From NCBI GenBank assembly GCA_964188305.1, contig OZ076897.1: a DNA stretch of 64,000 bases; one strand, given 5' to 3'. This DNA comes from Podarcis bocagei (taxonomy: Eukaryota). This document shows, one piece after another, positions 14,236 through 26,000 of this stretch. The translations under genes and the position numbers were made by a program. The notes below the pieces were generated by a model that made no database searches, was not told the DNA's origin, and worked only from the letters and a program-made list of their open reading frames with translations. The stretch's first letter is position 1, and each line of letters starts with the position of its first letter.

Positions 14236-17100
14236 CATATGTGGCTGTCAGCCTATGAAGAGGTAAAAAAAAAATGTTACTTGTCATCGGCAAGACAGTC
14301 CCCACTACCCTGCCCAAACTTCACACAGTAATATATAAGATACTTCAGAAGGAAGATGCTCTAGCACTGGGTTCTTCCGGTGCTAATATCCTATTATGAA
14401 GCAGGATTGCCAGATTGTGACTTGGGATGGAGCCCTGGTACTCAGACAACCGCAACTGAAGGAAAGTCTTCAGCTCCCATGTGCTCTCCACAAAGATGCA
14501 GTACACCCATTTGATCCTTTACCTGTCACCTGGGATATGGACCTGAAATGGAAGACCTCATTCTGTATCCCTAAGTACGTGAAAACAGATAAGTAGGGCT
14601 GTTGCCAAAGCACGGCATGAACTAATATATTTATTCGTCACTATCGCTCCTGAATGCTGAGGATCAATGGAGAAGGGCAGTGGCTTCACCTCTGCATGAG
14701 AATCATAAAAGAAATACTCAAAACCAGGTGTACTGTGAACTTGTCCTAAATCAGGAGTGGTCAAGCTATGCCTCCAGAGCATTGTGCTATCACACACCCA
14801 AACACACTTTCTCTTCCTATCCTATTTGCACTAAAACTTTCAAAAAAAATTTTTGAAAAAGGAATGGGAAGTATTTCTGGCCATTTCATGAAATGCAAGG
14901 GGAAATCTTATGCCAAAAAACAAAACCATAAATTAGTAGAAAAAGGAGGCACATAAAGAGCAAAACTTTTAATAGTGTAATTCTCGGGATTCCAATGGTG
15001 GTTCTCTCTCCCCACCCACCCCCGTTCTTACATAGCCAGTGCTTTATCAAACACTGAGGATAAGAATATCAGAAGAAAAAAATATTCTTCTCCAAGGAGT
15101 TCTAAACATGTGCCCATTGATGTTGGCATCCACCATGTTCATGGAAATCATAAGCAGCTAATGTCAATTACATGCAACTAAACCACGCAAAAGAGCCACA
15201 ACTTTCTGGCTCACGATATATAATCAGTGTATCCTGCACAAAAGATGTTGCTTGGTCCTTTCCTAAAAAGATTTTTTCCCTAAATCATAAAGGTTGATGC
15301 ACCTTCACTCCCCGCCCCCCCCACCCCACGAGAGGTACTTTTGCAGCACAAACATCAGATCATTCTGATCTGCTGAAAGGAGCTGGGCTGACTCCAAGAG
15401 GATACAGCGTTTGGCACATTGAAGTCTGCAGCTAAGCCTAATTTAACACTTCTGCCCTGCCTGCCTGAATTCCTGCAAGGTGTTACATTGGCACTTCCTG
15501 AGATCATTCAGCTTGGAAGTCTGACACTACACATTGACCTTTCCCTTTCTGCTTGCTCCTCCCAGCCTCCTCCTTTCTTTATTTTTTAAGCATTGTTGGA
15601 TTGGGCAGCTGCCTCGTTTTATAAGATAAATGTGGAATTCTCTTTTGTCTGCAGTACAATCCCTGGGGTACCAGGACTGAAACCCAAACTTTGCCCCGGC
15701 ACAGCTTGAGAGCCCATTCTTCATCTAAACAAATGCCGTAAGACCTTTTATGCTTGCTTGCTGCTTTTTTTTACAGCATGTCAAAAATCATATTGACTGC
15801 CAATAGTGATGTGATTGGTGTGGCCTCCTTGGAGTCATAAAAGAGGCAGTCTGTTATCAATTTTTCTGTGTGTATCCAGGGAATTTGGGGCAGGTTCACT
15901 TCCAAGTTATAAATGACAACAACTCAAATGCCACAGAAGTTTTGAAGCTGGAATCTGATTATGCTATCAGAGGCCCTGTTCTTCTTTCTTTATTTATTTC
16001 CTATTAATAAATCATAGATAGATGGCAGATCTACCCACAAATGTGTGCATGCACACATATATATCAATATATATTCATATAGATCTATGAATTTGATTTA
16101 GCTTGTACTGATATTTGACCATTACTCCTGCTGTTGCGTTATTTATCATTTCCATAGCATCAACACACCATACCAAAGGTACAACAGCAATAAAAACACC
16201 TTAAAGAGCACAAAGCATTTTAAAAATCTACAAATACCAGTTGGTTAAAAGAAATTCACATTTCAAAGGCCTGTTGAATTAACATCATTTTAAGACATTA
16301 TCTAAAAGAAGGCAGGGGTGAATACTGCCAAACTTCCACTGGCAGGGAGTTCCACAGGGCAGGACCTGCCACACTAGGAAAGTCCCACCTTATTTTAGAT
16401 TGTAGGTTTCTGGAGGCAGAGAATTGCCCATTCTTTCCCATTGAGGTGTTTATATATCAATAATATATGTTTCATTGAGTTTTGCATACACTGAGTAATA
16501 AATTCATTCTTACAATCTATCCATACAGCCACATATCAGCAGAGCAAGATAATCTTAATCTCGGGCAGTGGATTCAAGACCCATGTCAGGAAAAAGATTC
16601 CTGCATTGTAGGGGGCTGGACTAGATGGCCCTTGTGGTCCCTTCCTACTTTGCAATTCTATGATTCTGTGATTAAGGAATCCCAATGATTGAACCTGGCA
16701 CTAATGCAAAGGCGACATTGATCGTATTCCAGTAGCTTGAGTTTAGATACACAAGGCAGCATGATCACATTTCCTCTGCCAAGGCTGCATTGTTTATTAT
16801 TAATGTATCCGCAATGAAGTTTGCAATACCTTGAAGACAAATGTGTGCCTGTCGTGTATTCATTTGCATTTGCACACCAGGGCATTGTATGGAGTGCTAG
16901 AACTGTGACAGTTGTAACTTGGTTAGAATGATATGGCGATACCATTCACATATTGTGAAGCTTAGCATCATGATCCCGATCAATTTAGCATCTAGCTCCC
17001 AAAATGTGTGACCAGAGTATACAGTATATATACACCATTGAGTTACCCAGCAGAAAGCTTCTTTAGGCTACCTTACTACACCAAAGCGAAACCTACTTAC

Positions 17101-17150
17101 CCCAAGGCCTCCGCAGGGCAACAACGAAAATAGTTTCTGAGGCACACTAC
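17101..17150 (-). CDS. HDAC9: HDAC9 50-bp coding exon, deacetylase domain
   Basis: (G)SVPQKLFSLLPCGGLG; acceptor ttttttatatag, donor GTAAGT. LPCGGLG is the class IIa motif. The next exon (VDSDTIWNE...) was not found in 1-17100. Confidence 0.94.
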
Positions 17151-18977
17151 CTATATAAAAAAAGAGGGGGAAACAGTAAGCATTAAGATAGAACTTCATG
17201 TTTTGGATGACAACTCCTATCAGCCCAGTCAGCACATTTGTAATGGGATAAAATTTTGTGCAATGCACAGATATACAGCGGCAGATTTACAAATACTCTT
17301 TGATAAGCGTCAAAAATATTGACATTTAGGAAACATCCAGAGCAGTTAAATCGCAGCAACTGGAACCCTGGTTTGTCTACCTTGGTTCCAGGAAAGCAGT
17401 ATTTCGTAAAGTCTCATTATCAAATTATTTCTGTGGCTGAATTTCCAATCTTTGGAGGCTCACTTCTGTTGAAAGCTGATGGTTTGGTGGTCACGTGCCA
17501 GTGTTTGTGTATGGGAATATCTGCCATTGGTTGCAAGTTAATAGAAACCAGGAGAGGTCTGGAGGTCCTTAGTGGTTTTCATTATCATCACTTCAGGCCA
17601 GTGGTGACTCTGGTAAGAGCATGAAAAACTTGCTTCAAAGCTGTAATATATTCACACATACTGTCCAGATTCTTTAGAATGTCAGCTCTGGTTAAACTGA
17701 AGCATTAGCCATTGTGATGGCCTGACACATAATTTTGGCATTTATAAATTTGCCATAATTAGGAATAGTTGGTTTTTAGAAATGCTATGTTCGTCAGGGT
17801 GGCAGTGGGGGAGGAATGGAAACTGAAAATGGGCAATTGTTCTGGATTGTGCTTATTAAAGGAACATGGTATGGTGCCAATTTGAAAATCATGATAATTT
17901 ACATCACATCAAGATGTAATGTTGTATGGCACATTGTAATGAACTATAAGTTGTCAAAGGCAGCATGTTAAAGGATTTTTTTAAGTTACATTTGGTTTAG
18001 GAAACCTCTTAAGTAGATGCTCAGTTAAATGACATCAGGATATGAACACATACTTAACCATCTTCTAATTTCTGCTGTAGTGTTTTTGAATTTACTTCTT
18101 AATATAAAGTTCATGAAAAAGCATTTATTCACATTGCTAAATCAGGCTCAAAATCTATTTTCTGTAAGTCTCTTTTTAATTCCTCTTTGAACCTTTCTTT
18201 ACTGATGTCTTGTAAAACCTGGGTGTTTTGCTTTTGTGGTGGTGGCATTTTAAAAAAAACCATATAGCAGAGTCTTGTGCAATATGAATATTCTTTCACT
18301 ATCTACTATAGTTCCCTTTTTTTTTGAAAAAAATAGATTTTGGGAAAAACTAAAAATAGTTCAGCAACTTTGGCAAAAAAAAAAAAAAGCTCAAAAACTT
18401 TTGTGTCTGGATTTTCACTTTTTGAAGTATGGCCTCCCTAACATCATCCAACTTTTTCAAGCCCCAAACTGGGACATGCATCTTTTAGGACGTGCTCCTG
18501 GGAAAATCATGTGACCAGCACCTCACTCTCATCCTAAAACAATTCCTCCAAGATCAGCTGCTGGAGAACACGAGTGAGAGAGGACCATTATACTCACGTC
18601 CTGCCAGTGGGATTTCCATAAGGATCCAGTTGGCTACTATGAGCACACAAGTGCTGGGCTAGATGGACCTTGGGTCTGATTTGGCTGGGCACTTAGTTTG
18701 TTCTTAGGTTCTTTGTGTCCAAATAGTCCAGCAATAGTCTTTTGAATGTTGGTTCTAGCAAGGATGTTGGACCATTTGGCCAACAAAATGTATTGGGCTG
18801 ACAGAACTAAACATTACTGCGTGTTGTGTTATCAGGTGTATTCAGCATGCGCTAGTCAAAGATATTTTCGTACGTGCAGCATGCTCCTTCTCCTAGGACT
18901 AACACTTTAAAATGTCTTGTTTCGGGCCTGCAGAAATCCTGCCTTCACTTATCCCTTTGCTCCCTTCCTGTTGCATG

Positions 18978-19115
18978 CACTGGCGGAGGAAGAGGAGTGC
19001 AGGGGGAGCACACCGCCCCCAGCAGCGTGATCCTGGTGGGGTGCCATAATTAGGAATATGGCACCTGCTCTCCGCCCCCCCCCCCCCGGTGCTGGAGCAT
19101 GAAGCTCCGCCACTG
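18978..19115. mobile_element. hAT-type MITE
   Basis: TIR CA(C/G)TGGCGGAG; TSD GTTGCATG/GCTGCATG. Confidence 0.82.
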
Positions 19116-19467
19116 GCTGCATGGCAAGGAAGAGTCCTGTGAAATAAGTCAAACAGCCTTATCTTCAGGGTTCTATTTGCCCATGCAATTTAAATATCCT
19201 TGCCACAAAAGGGTTAATATCCAGAGGATAAGAAAGCAGAGACAGAGAGATAGAAAGAGAAAGATCTCTACTTTCCGGCAAGGACCTTTTCCTAATCTGT
19301 GTTGGCTGCTGCTGCAACATTCTCTTTCTACAATGCAATGCATTTGGAAAAAGTGATACTTTTTTTTTTTGTTATACTGCTTGCCAAGTATTTTAAACTG
19401 ACACCAGCTATGACTAATGACAGTGCTGGAATGTGCTGTTCTCAGTAGAATAGAGCCCTTTACAGAC

Positions 19468-19588
19468 CTAGGATTTTCCTGGGGTCCAGCTTCTGTCTGT
19501 TCAGGGGGCTGGTGCCATAGAGCAGTGAATGATGTTCAGAGTGAACCAGCTGTATTTCTTCCAGACTGGCTTTTCGACCTCGAATCCG
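19468..19588 (-). CDS. HDAC9: HDAC9 coding exon, deacetylase domain
   Basis: [40 protein letters not shown](G); 121 bp; acceptor tttttttcag, donor GTCTGT; phase 0 in, phase 1 out. Not in the ORF track. Confidence 0.96.
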
Positions 19589-19892
19589 CTGAAAAAAAGC
19601 AGCAGAGGTTTACAATATTCCACCGATAATATAAGGAAGACAGGGAGTGGGGGGGGGGCAAATCCAAAATAACATTAAATAGGATTAATCATGGGCAGCA
19701 ATTGCATCATATGAGAATGTGAGACTGGTTTTGTTTAATATTCTTCAAGGAAAAAAAAGCTAGGATGGTTTTAACAAATGCTTTGGTCCCATGGTAAATT
19801 AAACATGTTAGAATAACACAGTACTTTGCATGCAAAAAATAAATGCCCTGCCCCCAGACAGGTTTCCCCTCCCCTTCCATGCAAAACCACAG

Positions 19893-20150
19893 GGACACCA
19901 GTCACATGATTACCAATGGCTTCAAGTTACAAGGAATGAGATTCTGACTAAACATCAGGAAAAGCTTTCTGACAGTAGGAGCTGCTCAACAGTGGGATGG
20001 TCTCCCTTGAGATGCTGAGGACTCTCCTTCATTGGAGGTTTTGAAGCACAAGTTGGATGGTCATCTGTCATGGATGCTTTAGCTGAGATTCCCGCATTGC
20101 AGGGGTTTTGAACTAGATGATGCTTGTGGGTACCGTACAACTTTACGATT
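19893..20150 (+). mobile_element. CR1 LINE 3' fragment
   Basis: ctaaacatcaggaaaagctttctgacagt...ggaggttttgaagc...gattcccgcattgcagggg. Confidence 0.8.
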
Positions 20151-20329
20151 AGCTAGCACCAAAGGCCCTGATCCAGAGTGGAATTGCAGCAAGGACCAAA
20201 GGTTTAAAGCCTTCTCCTTCCCCCACCAGGGTCTTGGTCAGAACCTCCATGTCTGCTGTTTACACTTTAGAAGCCCATCCAAACAATTGTTCATAGTGTG
20301 AATGAGGTTACATTTAGTTTTGTCCTAAG

Positions 20330-20461
20330 GCAGGGGTAGTCAGTATGGTGCCTTCCGGATGTTGTTGGACTACAACTCCCATTATCCCTGATCCCCGACA
20401 ACAAAAGATGGGAATTGTAGTCCAATGACATGTGGAGAGCATCAGGTGGACTACTCCTGCC
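20330..20461. mobile_element. Short palindromic hAT-derived MITE (similar copy at about 58640-58775)
   Basis: tggactacaactccca ... tgggaattgtagtcca inverted arms. Confidence 0.65.
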
Positions 20462-21532
20462 CTAAGTTAATCAAAAAACATGTTTCCTAATTAACTTGTC
20501 TTTAGGATATTTGCATTGGAGGGTCATTTATTCACAATATCTGATGCACAGAATTTGTCTGCAAAGAGTTTGTCCATGGAAATTTGATGGAAGCTGACAT
20601 GTTTTATCATTCTTGTAGAATGGTCGATGGTCAGTCTTGTTTATCTTGTTTATCTAGGAGTGGGCAACAATTTTCAGTTTGAGGACCACATTCTCTCATG
20701 GCTGTCCTTATAGGGCCTGTATAGTTTCATGGGCAGGTCCAGAGGCAAAGATGTAGGTAGGGCAATAAAGGTGACTCTTATCATTGTGCAGCCACACAAA
20801 AGTCAGAGGATTTCTACACACACCTGTCCATTCTTCATCCAGGAAGCAAAAGTTCAAGGACACAGTTTCACTGGCAGCTCAGTGGGAAAGAGCAATGTAA
20901 CAGGAAACGGGAGAGGTGAGTTTGAGTTCCATTCCTAGAAAATGTGCCTTCTTTTAAGTACAGTGGCCATAGTAGGTCATGCTTTGCAATCCCTGGAATC
21001 TCCACTGACAAGGGGATCTCAGGTACCAAGGCTGAGATGCTGGATAGCTGCTTTCAGTTGGAACAGACAATAGTGGACTAGATAAATAATATAACTCTTC
21101 ATCAATCAGTTTCACATATTTGTTTAATCAGTGTAGATGTGGACAGTCAAGGGGGCACAGTAGGGGGGAAGGGAGAAGGGGATCTGATTGTGAGTGCAGT
21201 CATTCACGAAACCACATTTATGGTCACAGTAGGGACGGATTAATCTATCAATTGTGGTTCCTCTGCTTCTCATTTTTACAGTCTTCAATTTAGTGATTAT
21301 TATTAACTTTGTGATTATTATTATTTAAAGCCCTCATGAAAATTCACCACCATTGTAGTGCAAACTTCTCTTTTCTCTTTGATATAATAAGAATGTAAGA
21401 GTGTCGTCATGCAGCTGTTGTTCGTGTGGCTGCCAACAGATGGTGCTGCAAACTATAGAATGATGGCAGAATTATGAGAGTGGCTCACCTTTGGGTGGTC
21501 CATCACAGCTGCACTGGAGGAGAAGATGGAGG

Positions 21533-21768
21533 CAGTGGTGGAGCTTCATGCTCCGGCACTGGGGGGGGGGTGGAGAGCAGGCGGGGGCGGGGCTGGTGTG
21601 CGTCCTGGGGGTGGGGGTGCCGTCCGCAAGTGTGTGGCGCACATCCTGGGGGTGGGGCACGCCGCCTGCGGGGGCCGGGCCCCCAACGGGAGCTGGGATG
21701 GCACCCTGCCAAGATTGCGCTGCAAGGGGCGGTGCACCCCCCCCCCCACTCTTCTTCCTCTGTTCATG
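21533..21768. mobile_element. hAT-type MITE
   Basis: CAGTGGTGGAG end; perfect 8-bp TSD GATGGAGG; homologous to 18978-19115 in the opposite orientation. Confidence 0.85.
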
Positions 21769-22199
21769 GATGGAGGCAGGGAGGCAGACAGGAGGGAGAA
21801 TGGACAAGCAGCCCAGGGAAGGCAGGCAAGCAAGGAGCCAAGAAGCCCAGATTTACCTTTAAATGTGACCTGAACTGAATTTCTCCTCCATCCCTAACAT
21901 TGGCCAGTAGTGCCAGCCACATGGGAAGTTAAAGTAACTGCTTCTGGCCCCTTGCAGGTTTTGCTAAGATGAAATAGAGCAAGTCAACACAACTTGCGGT
22001 CAGAACTGATAAACTTATCAGGAAAAATGCTATTCCCAGTGTGTTTAAATCAGACTTCTTTAGAGGCAAAATGATTTTATACTGATAAACATTTGGCGTA
22101 GGTAACATAAGGAAGCTGCCTTGCTAGAATCTAGCACTGTTAAAATTCAGGGATCTATTTTTCCTTATACTGATAAAATGCAGCCAATATTTTCACATG

Positions 22200-22955
22200 T
22201 GTCAGAGTTGCTTCAAGATCCTAGCTCACAGAGGATCACGCTAGCCAGCGGTCATTAAGTAAAAGTCTTTATTGAGTTACAGTTTCCATTCCCAAGCTGC
22301 TGCGTGCAACTCTACGTCTACTGGCTAGATCGGCGAAGCTCCGTCTGAGTCTCCGCCCCTTGCGCACCAACTTAATATCCTAGCCCTGCTCCACCTTTTC
22401 CGCCTGACTGTTCTCCTCTGGGTCCCTCTGCCCCCCGGGGTCTCTTCCTTCCGGGATTCTTCTGACGCCGACCCCCCGGAACTCCCTGTCTCCTTGCGCC
22501 GGGCTTTAGGACCTGGCTCCCTTTCCTGGCTGCCTACTGCGTCACTTTCCTGTGCATTTGAGCTTGGCGCGCGCGCCCAACCTTCCACTTTCCGTCTGAC
22601 CGTTTCTTCGCTCCCCGATGGAGGTGTGGCCACTCCTGACTCGTGCCCTCCCCCCTGTTGCGAGCTGCCAGCGCTTGATCTCTGGCGCTCTTCCTCTTCC
22701 CTGCTCTCTGGCTGTGACGCTGGTCCCGATTTCCAACTGCTCTCCTCTGAGTCCCCTCTGGCTCTATCTTCCTGGGGTGTCCCCCTAGGCTCCCCCCTTG
22801 CCCTGGCCACTGGTGCTCCTTTCTGTGAATCTTCTGATTCACTGGAAAGACTCGGAGATCTCGGGTCGTCGTCATCACTCATCTTTTCTTCTGCCTCCTC
22901 CCCCTCGCTCTCTGTTTCCTCCCTTGCCCTTGCCTCTGCTCCTAAACCCCTGACA
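22200..22955 (-). repeat. 3' LTR (756 bp)
   Basis: Copy of 26503-27258 with 4 transitions by eye (22363, 22562, 22596, 22944); preceded on the minus strand by the PPT. Confidence 0.97.
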
Positions 22956-23074
22956 TCCATCCCCCCCTCGAAGCCCCCCGTTCCCCCTCCCCTCCTTCCA
23001 GTGCGGGAACTGGGAGCTGCTGTGTCAGAGGGACGAACGTCGGATACAGTTCGCTTCCCGTGGCGGGCCTCCAT
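22325..23074 (-). CDS. Putative accessory ORF spanning the end of pol, PPT and U3 (up to 249 aa; alternative starts 22960 and 22882), function unknown
   Basis: Stop-free across the whole U3 in both LTRs (also 26628-27258). Ser/Glu/Gly/Arg-rich, acidic N-terminal half and basic C-terminus QRRTVRRKRWSRAR. Translation not demonstrated. Confidence 0.5.
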   Translation of the reverse strand: MEARHGKRTVSDVRPSDTAAPSSRTGRRGGGTGGFEGGMDVRGLGAEARAREETESEGEEAEEKMSDDDDPRSPSLSSESEDSQKGAPVARARGEPRGTPQEDRARGDSEESSWKSGPASQPESREEEERQRSSAGSSQQGGGHESGVATPPSGSEETVRRKVEGWARAPSSNAQESDAVGSQEREPGPKARRKETGSSGGSASEESRKEETPGGRGTQRRTVRRKRWSRARILSWCARGGDSDGASPI

Positions 23075-26000
23075 CTGAAGTCTCCCGGTTCTGCCTCCCT
23101 GCTCTCGTCGACGACGGTCACCTCCGCTTCCATCTCTGTGCCGCCGTGCTCGAAACCAGGGTCGTCCCCGAAAACGTCCATGTCCGTCTCTCCCTCACTT
23201 CCTCCTGGCGGCGTTGCTCGTCCTGGACCTTCCTGCCACTTCCTGCGCCACTGCTCCTCTGGTCTATCGTCCCACCAATACGAGGGTTCTGAGGCAGATC
23301 CCGAGGGTGACCCCTCCGGGGAACGGGTGTCTCGTATCGGGTCCTCGTCCGAGTCGAACCCCCGGAACGTGCTGGCAGAAAGCGTTGGCGTGAAAAGCCA
23401 GTCGTCGAAAAAGTCTGCTGGCATTGGTCTATGTGGGAAGAGGGCATGAAACTCGTCTTTGAGCAGAGGTTCGTCCAAGGCGTAGCCCGGCACCCAGCTG
23501 TTCGCACTGGCCGGGGTGCCCTCCTTGGCGAGAAGGTATTCTACCCCTTCTTCCCCCCATCTGGAGTCCAAAATCTCCGTGACTTCGTTGATGCGTTCCT
23601 CCAGTGCCACTCCCGCGTGCCCGGTTCCTTCTCTGAGCGGACTCGGTGCCGTTCCGGGTTCCTGAAACCTGTGCGGTGCCTTGTAGGGAGTGAGCACCGA
23701 TCTGTGGAACACCGGATGCATTCTGGAACCCTCCGGAAGCGCCAGCCTGAAAGCCACCGGGTTGACCTGCTCTTCGACTTGGTAGGGCCCCAGTTGCTTA
23801 TGCCCCAGCTTCTTCTTGGCCAACGACCTGGCCGGCACTGCGTGGGCTGCTAACCAGACCCAGTCTCCCACATGGATCTCTTCGCCAACCCTCCTGTGTT
23901 TGTCCGCTTGCACCTTGTATGCATGTTTGGCCAGCTCCAGGTGTCGCCGCAGCTGATCGTGGACCTCCTGCAACTCCGACGCGAACGCATCTGCTGTCTG
24001 CGGCTCCCCCTCCCCCATCCTTTCCAGTCCCGGGAAGGTTCTGGGGTGCCTCCCGTTGTTGGCGAAGAACGGCGTGACCCCCGTGGACACGTGCTTCGTG
24101 TTGTTGTAGGCAAACTCGGCGAGCGGCAGGTAATCCACCCACGTCGCAGGCTGTTGATTCGCATAACATCTCAGGTACTGCTGCATGATGGCATTGACCC
24201 GCTCCGCCTGCCCGTTGGTCTGCGGGTGTCTCGCCGACGCCAGGTTGATCTTGACGTTCAGGAAGCCCATCAGCTTCTGCCAGAAATTCGAGATGAACTG
24301 TCGCCCCCGGTCGGACAGAATAGACCGTGGCAGACCGTGAACCTTGAACACGTGGTCTATGAACAGTTTGGCGGTTTGCTCCGCCGTGGCCACCTTGGCA
24401 CACGGAATGAAATGTGCCATCTTGGAGAACAAGTCCACCACCACCAGCACGGCCGTCTTGCCCCTCGAGCTGGGCAGATCCGTGACAAAGTCCAGGGCCA
24501 CTCTCTCCCATGGTTCGACCGGAGTTTGCAGCGGTTCCAACAGTCCGGCCGGCGGTTTGTGCACCGGTTTGGCCCTCTGGCAGGTGTCACACCTCGCCAC
24601 GTAGTCCGCGACCTCCCCTCTCATTCCGGGCCACCAGAAGTCCCTGGCGACTAATTCCACCGTCTTCTCCTTGCCAAAGTGCCCGGCAGTGGGCGCGTCG
24701 TGCAGCTGCTGCAGTACCTTGGCGCGAAGTTCGTCTCCCGGCACGTAGATGGCCCCTTTACGAATGAGCAATCCATCTCTCAGCTGGAACTCGTCGGTCG
24801 CTGCCGTGCCCCTGTGCACCTCTGCCATCTTTGCTTGCGCGAAGGAGTCATCCTGCAACGCTCGTCGCACCGCCTCCAGGTCCACTGTTGCCGCAGCGCA
24901 CGCCCACACTGTTGGTGCGAAGATGTGCATTGCGGCCGCTGGCTTGGCGTCCTCCAGATATTGTGGCTTACGAAAGAGAGCGTCCGCCATGATGTTGGCG
25001 TCCCCCGGGACATATTCTATTCGGAAGTTGAAGTTCGCAAAGAACTCAGCCCAACGTATCTGCCTTTGGTTCAGGAACTGTGCCGTGCGCCAGTGCTCCA
25101 GATTCTTGTGGTCCGTGCAGACCTGCACCGTGTGCTTGGCGCCGATCAGGAAGTGCCTCCATGCTTTGAATGCTGCATGAATGGCCAGCAACTCCCTGTC
25201 CCAGATGGTGTAGTTCTGTTCGGACTTGCTGAGCTTCCTGGAGTAAAACGCTCCCGGCCGCCAAACCCCCTGCGGATCTTTCTGCAGCAGGACTGCTCCC
25301 ACGGCTCTGTCCGAGGCGTCTGTCTCCACCCTCATCGGCCTGCTGGGGTCGACATGCAGCAGCTGCTCTTCCGATGCGAAGAGACGCTTGAGTGCCTGAA
25401 AGGACTGCTCCGCCTGCTCTGTCCAGATGAACTTCTTTTTCTTGGAGCTAAGCGTGTCCGTGATGGCCGCTGTCTGCATAGCGAAGCCTCTGATAAACTT
25501 GCGATAGAAGTTCGCGAAGCCGACAAACCGTTGGACCTCCTTCCGGTTGCGTGGGCTCTTCCAGTCCAACACCGCTCGAACCTTGGCGCTGTCCATGGCG
25601 AGCCCCTTGTCAGACAACTTGTAGCCCAGAAAATCCACCTCCGTCACGTCGAATTGGCACTTCTCCAGCTTGGCGTAGAGCCTATGCCGCTGTAGCCTGC
25701 GTAGCACTTCTTTGACGTGTCTGTCATGCTCCTGCTGCGATTCCGAAAAGATCAGGATGTCATCTAAGAAACAGACGCACGTCTTGTAGAGGAGCCCCGC
25801 CAACACGTGATGCATGAACGCTTGAAAAACGTGGGAGCCATTTTGCAATCCAAAAGGCATAACTCTATATTCGTAGGTGCCCAGAGGCGTGAACATGGCT
25901 GTCTTCCACTCATCTCCTTCCCGCATGCGAATGAGGTTGTACGCCCCTCGCAGGTCTAACTTGGTGAACACGCTGCCCTTCCGTACCTTTGCGAGGAGGT

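Noticed and set aside
22494-25695. Long antisense and alternative-frame ORFs over the retrotransposon (194, 260, 338 and 237 aa)
   Set aside because: Expected shadows of a GC-rich, codon-biased pol and a purine-skewed U3; no recognisable domains.
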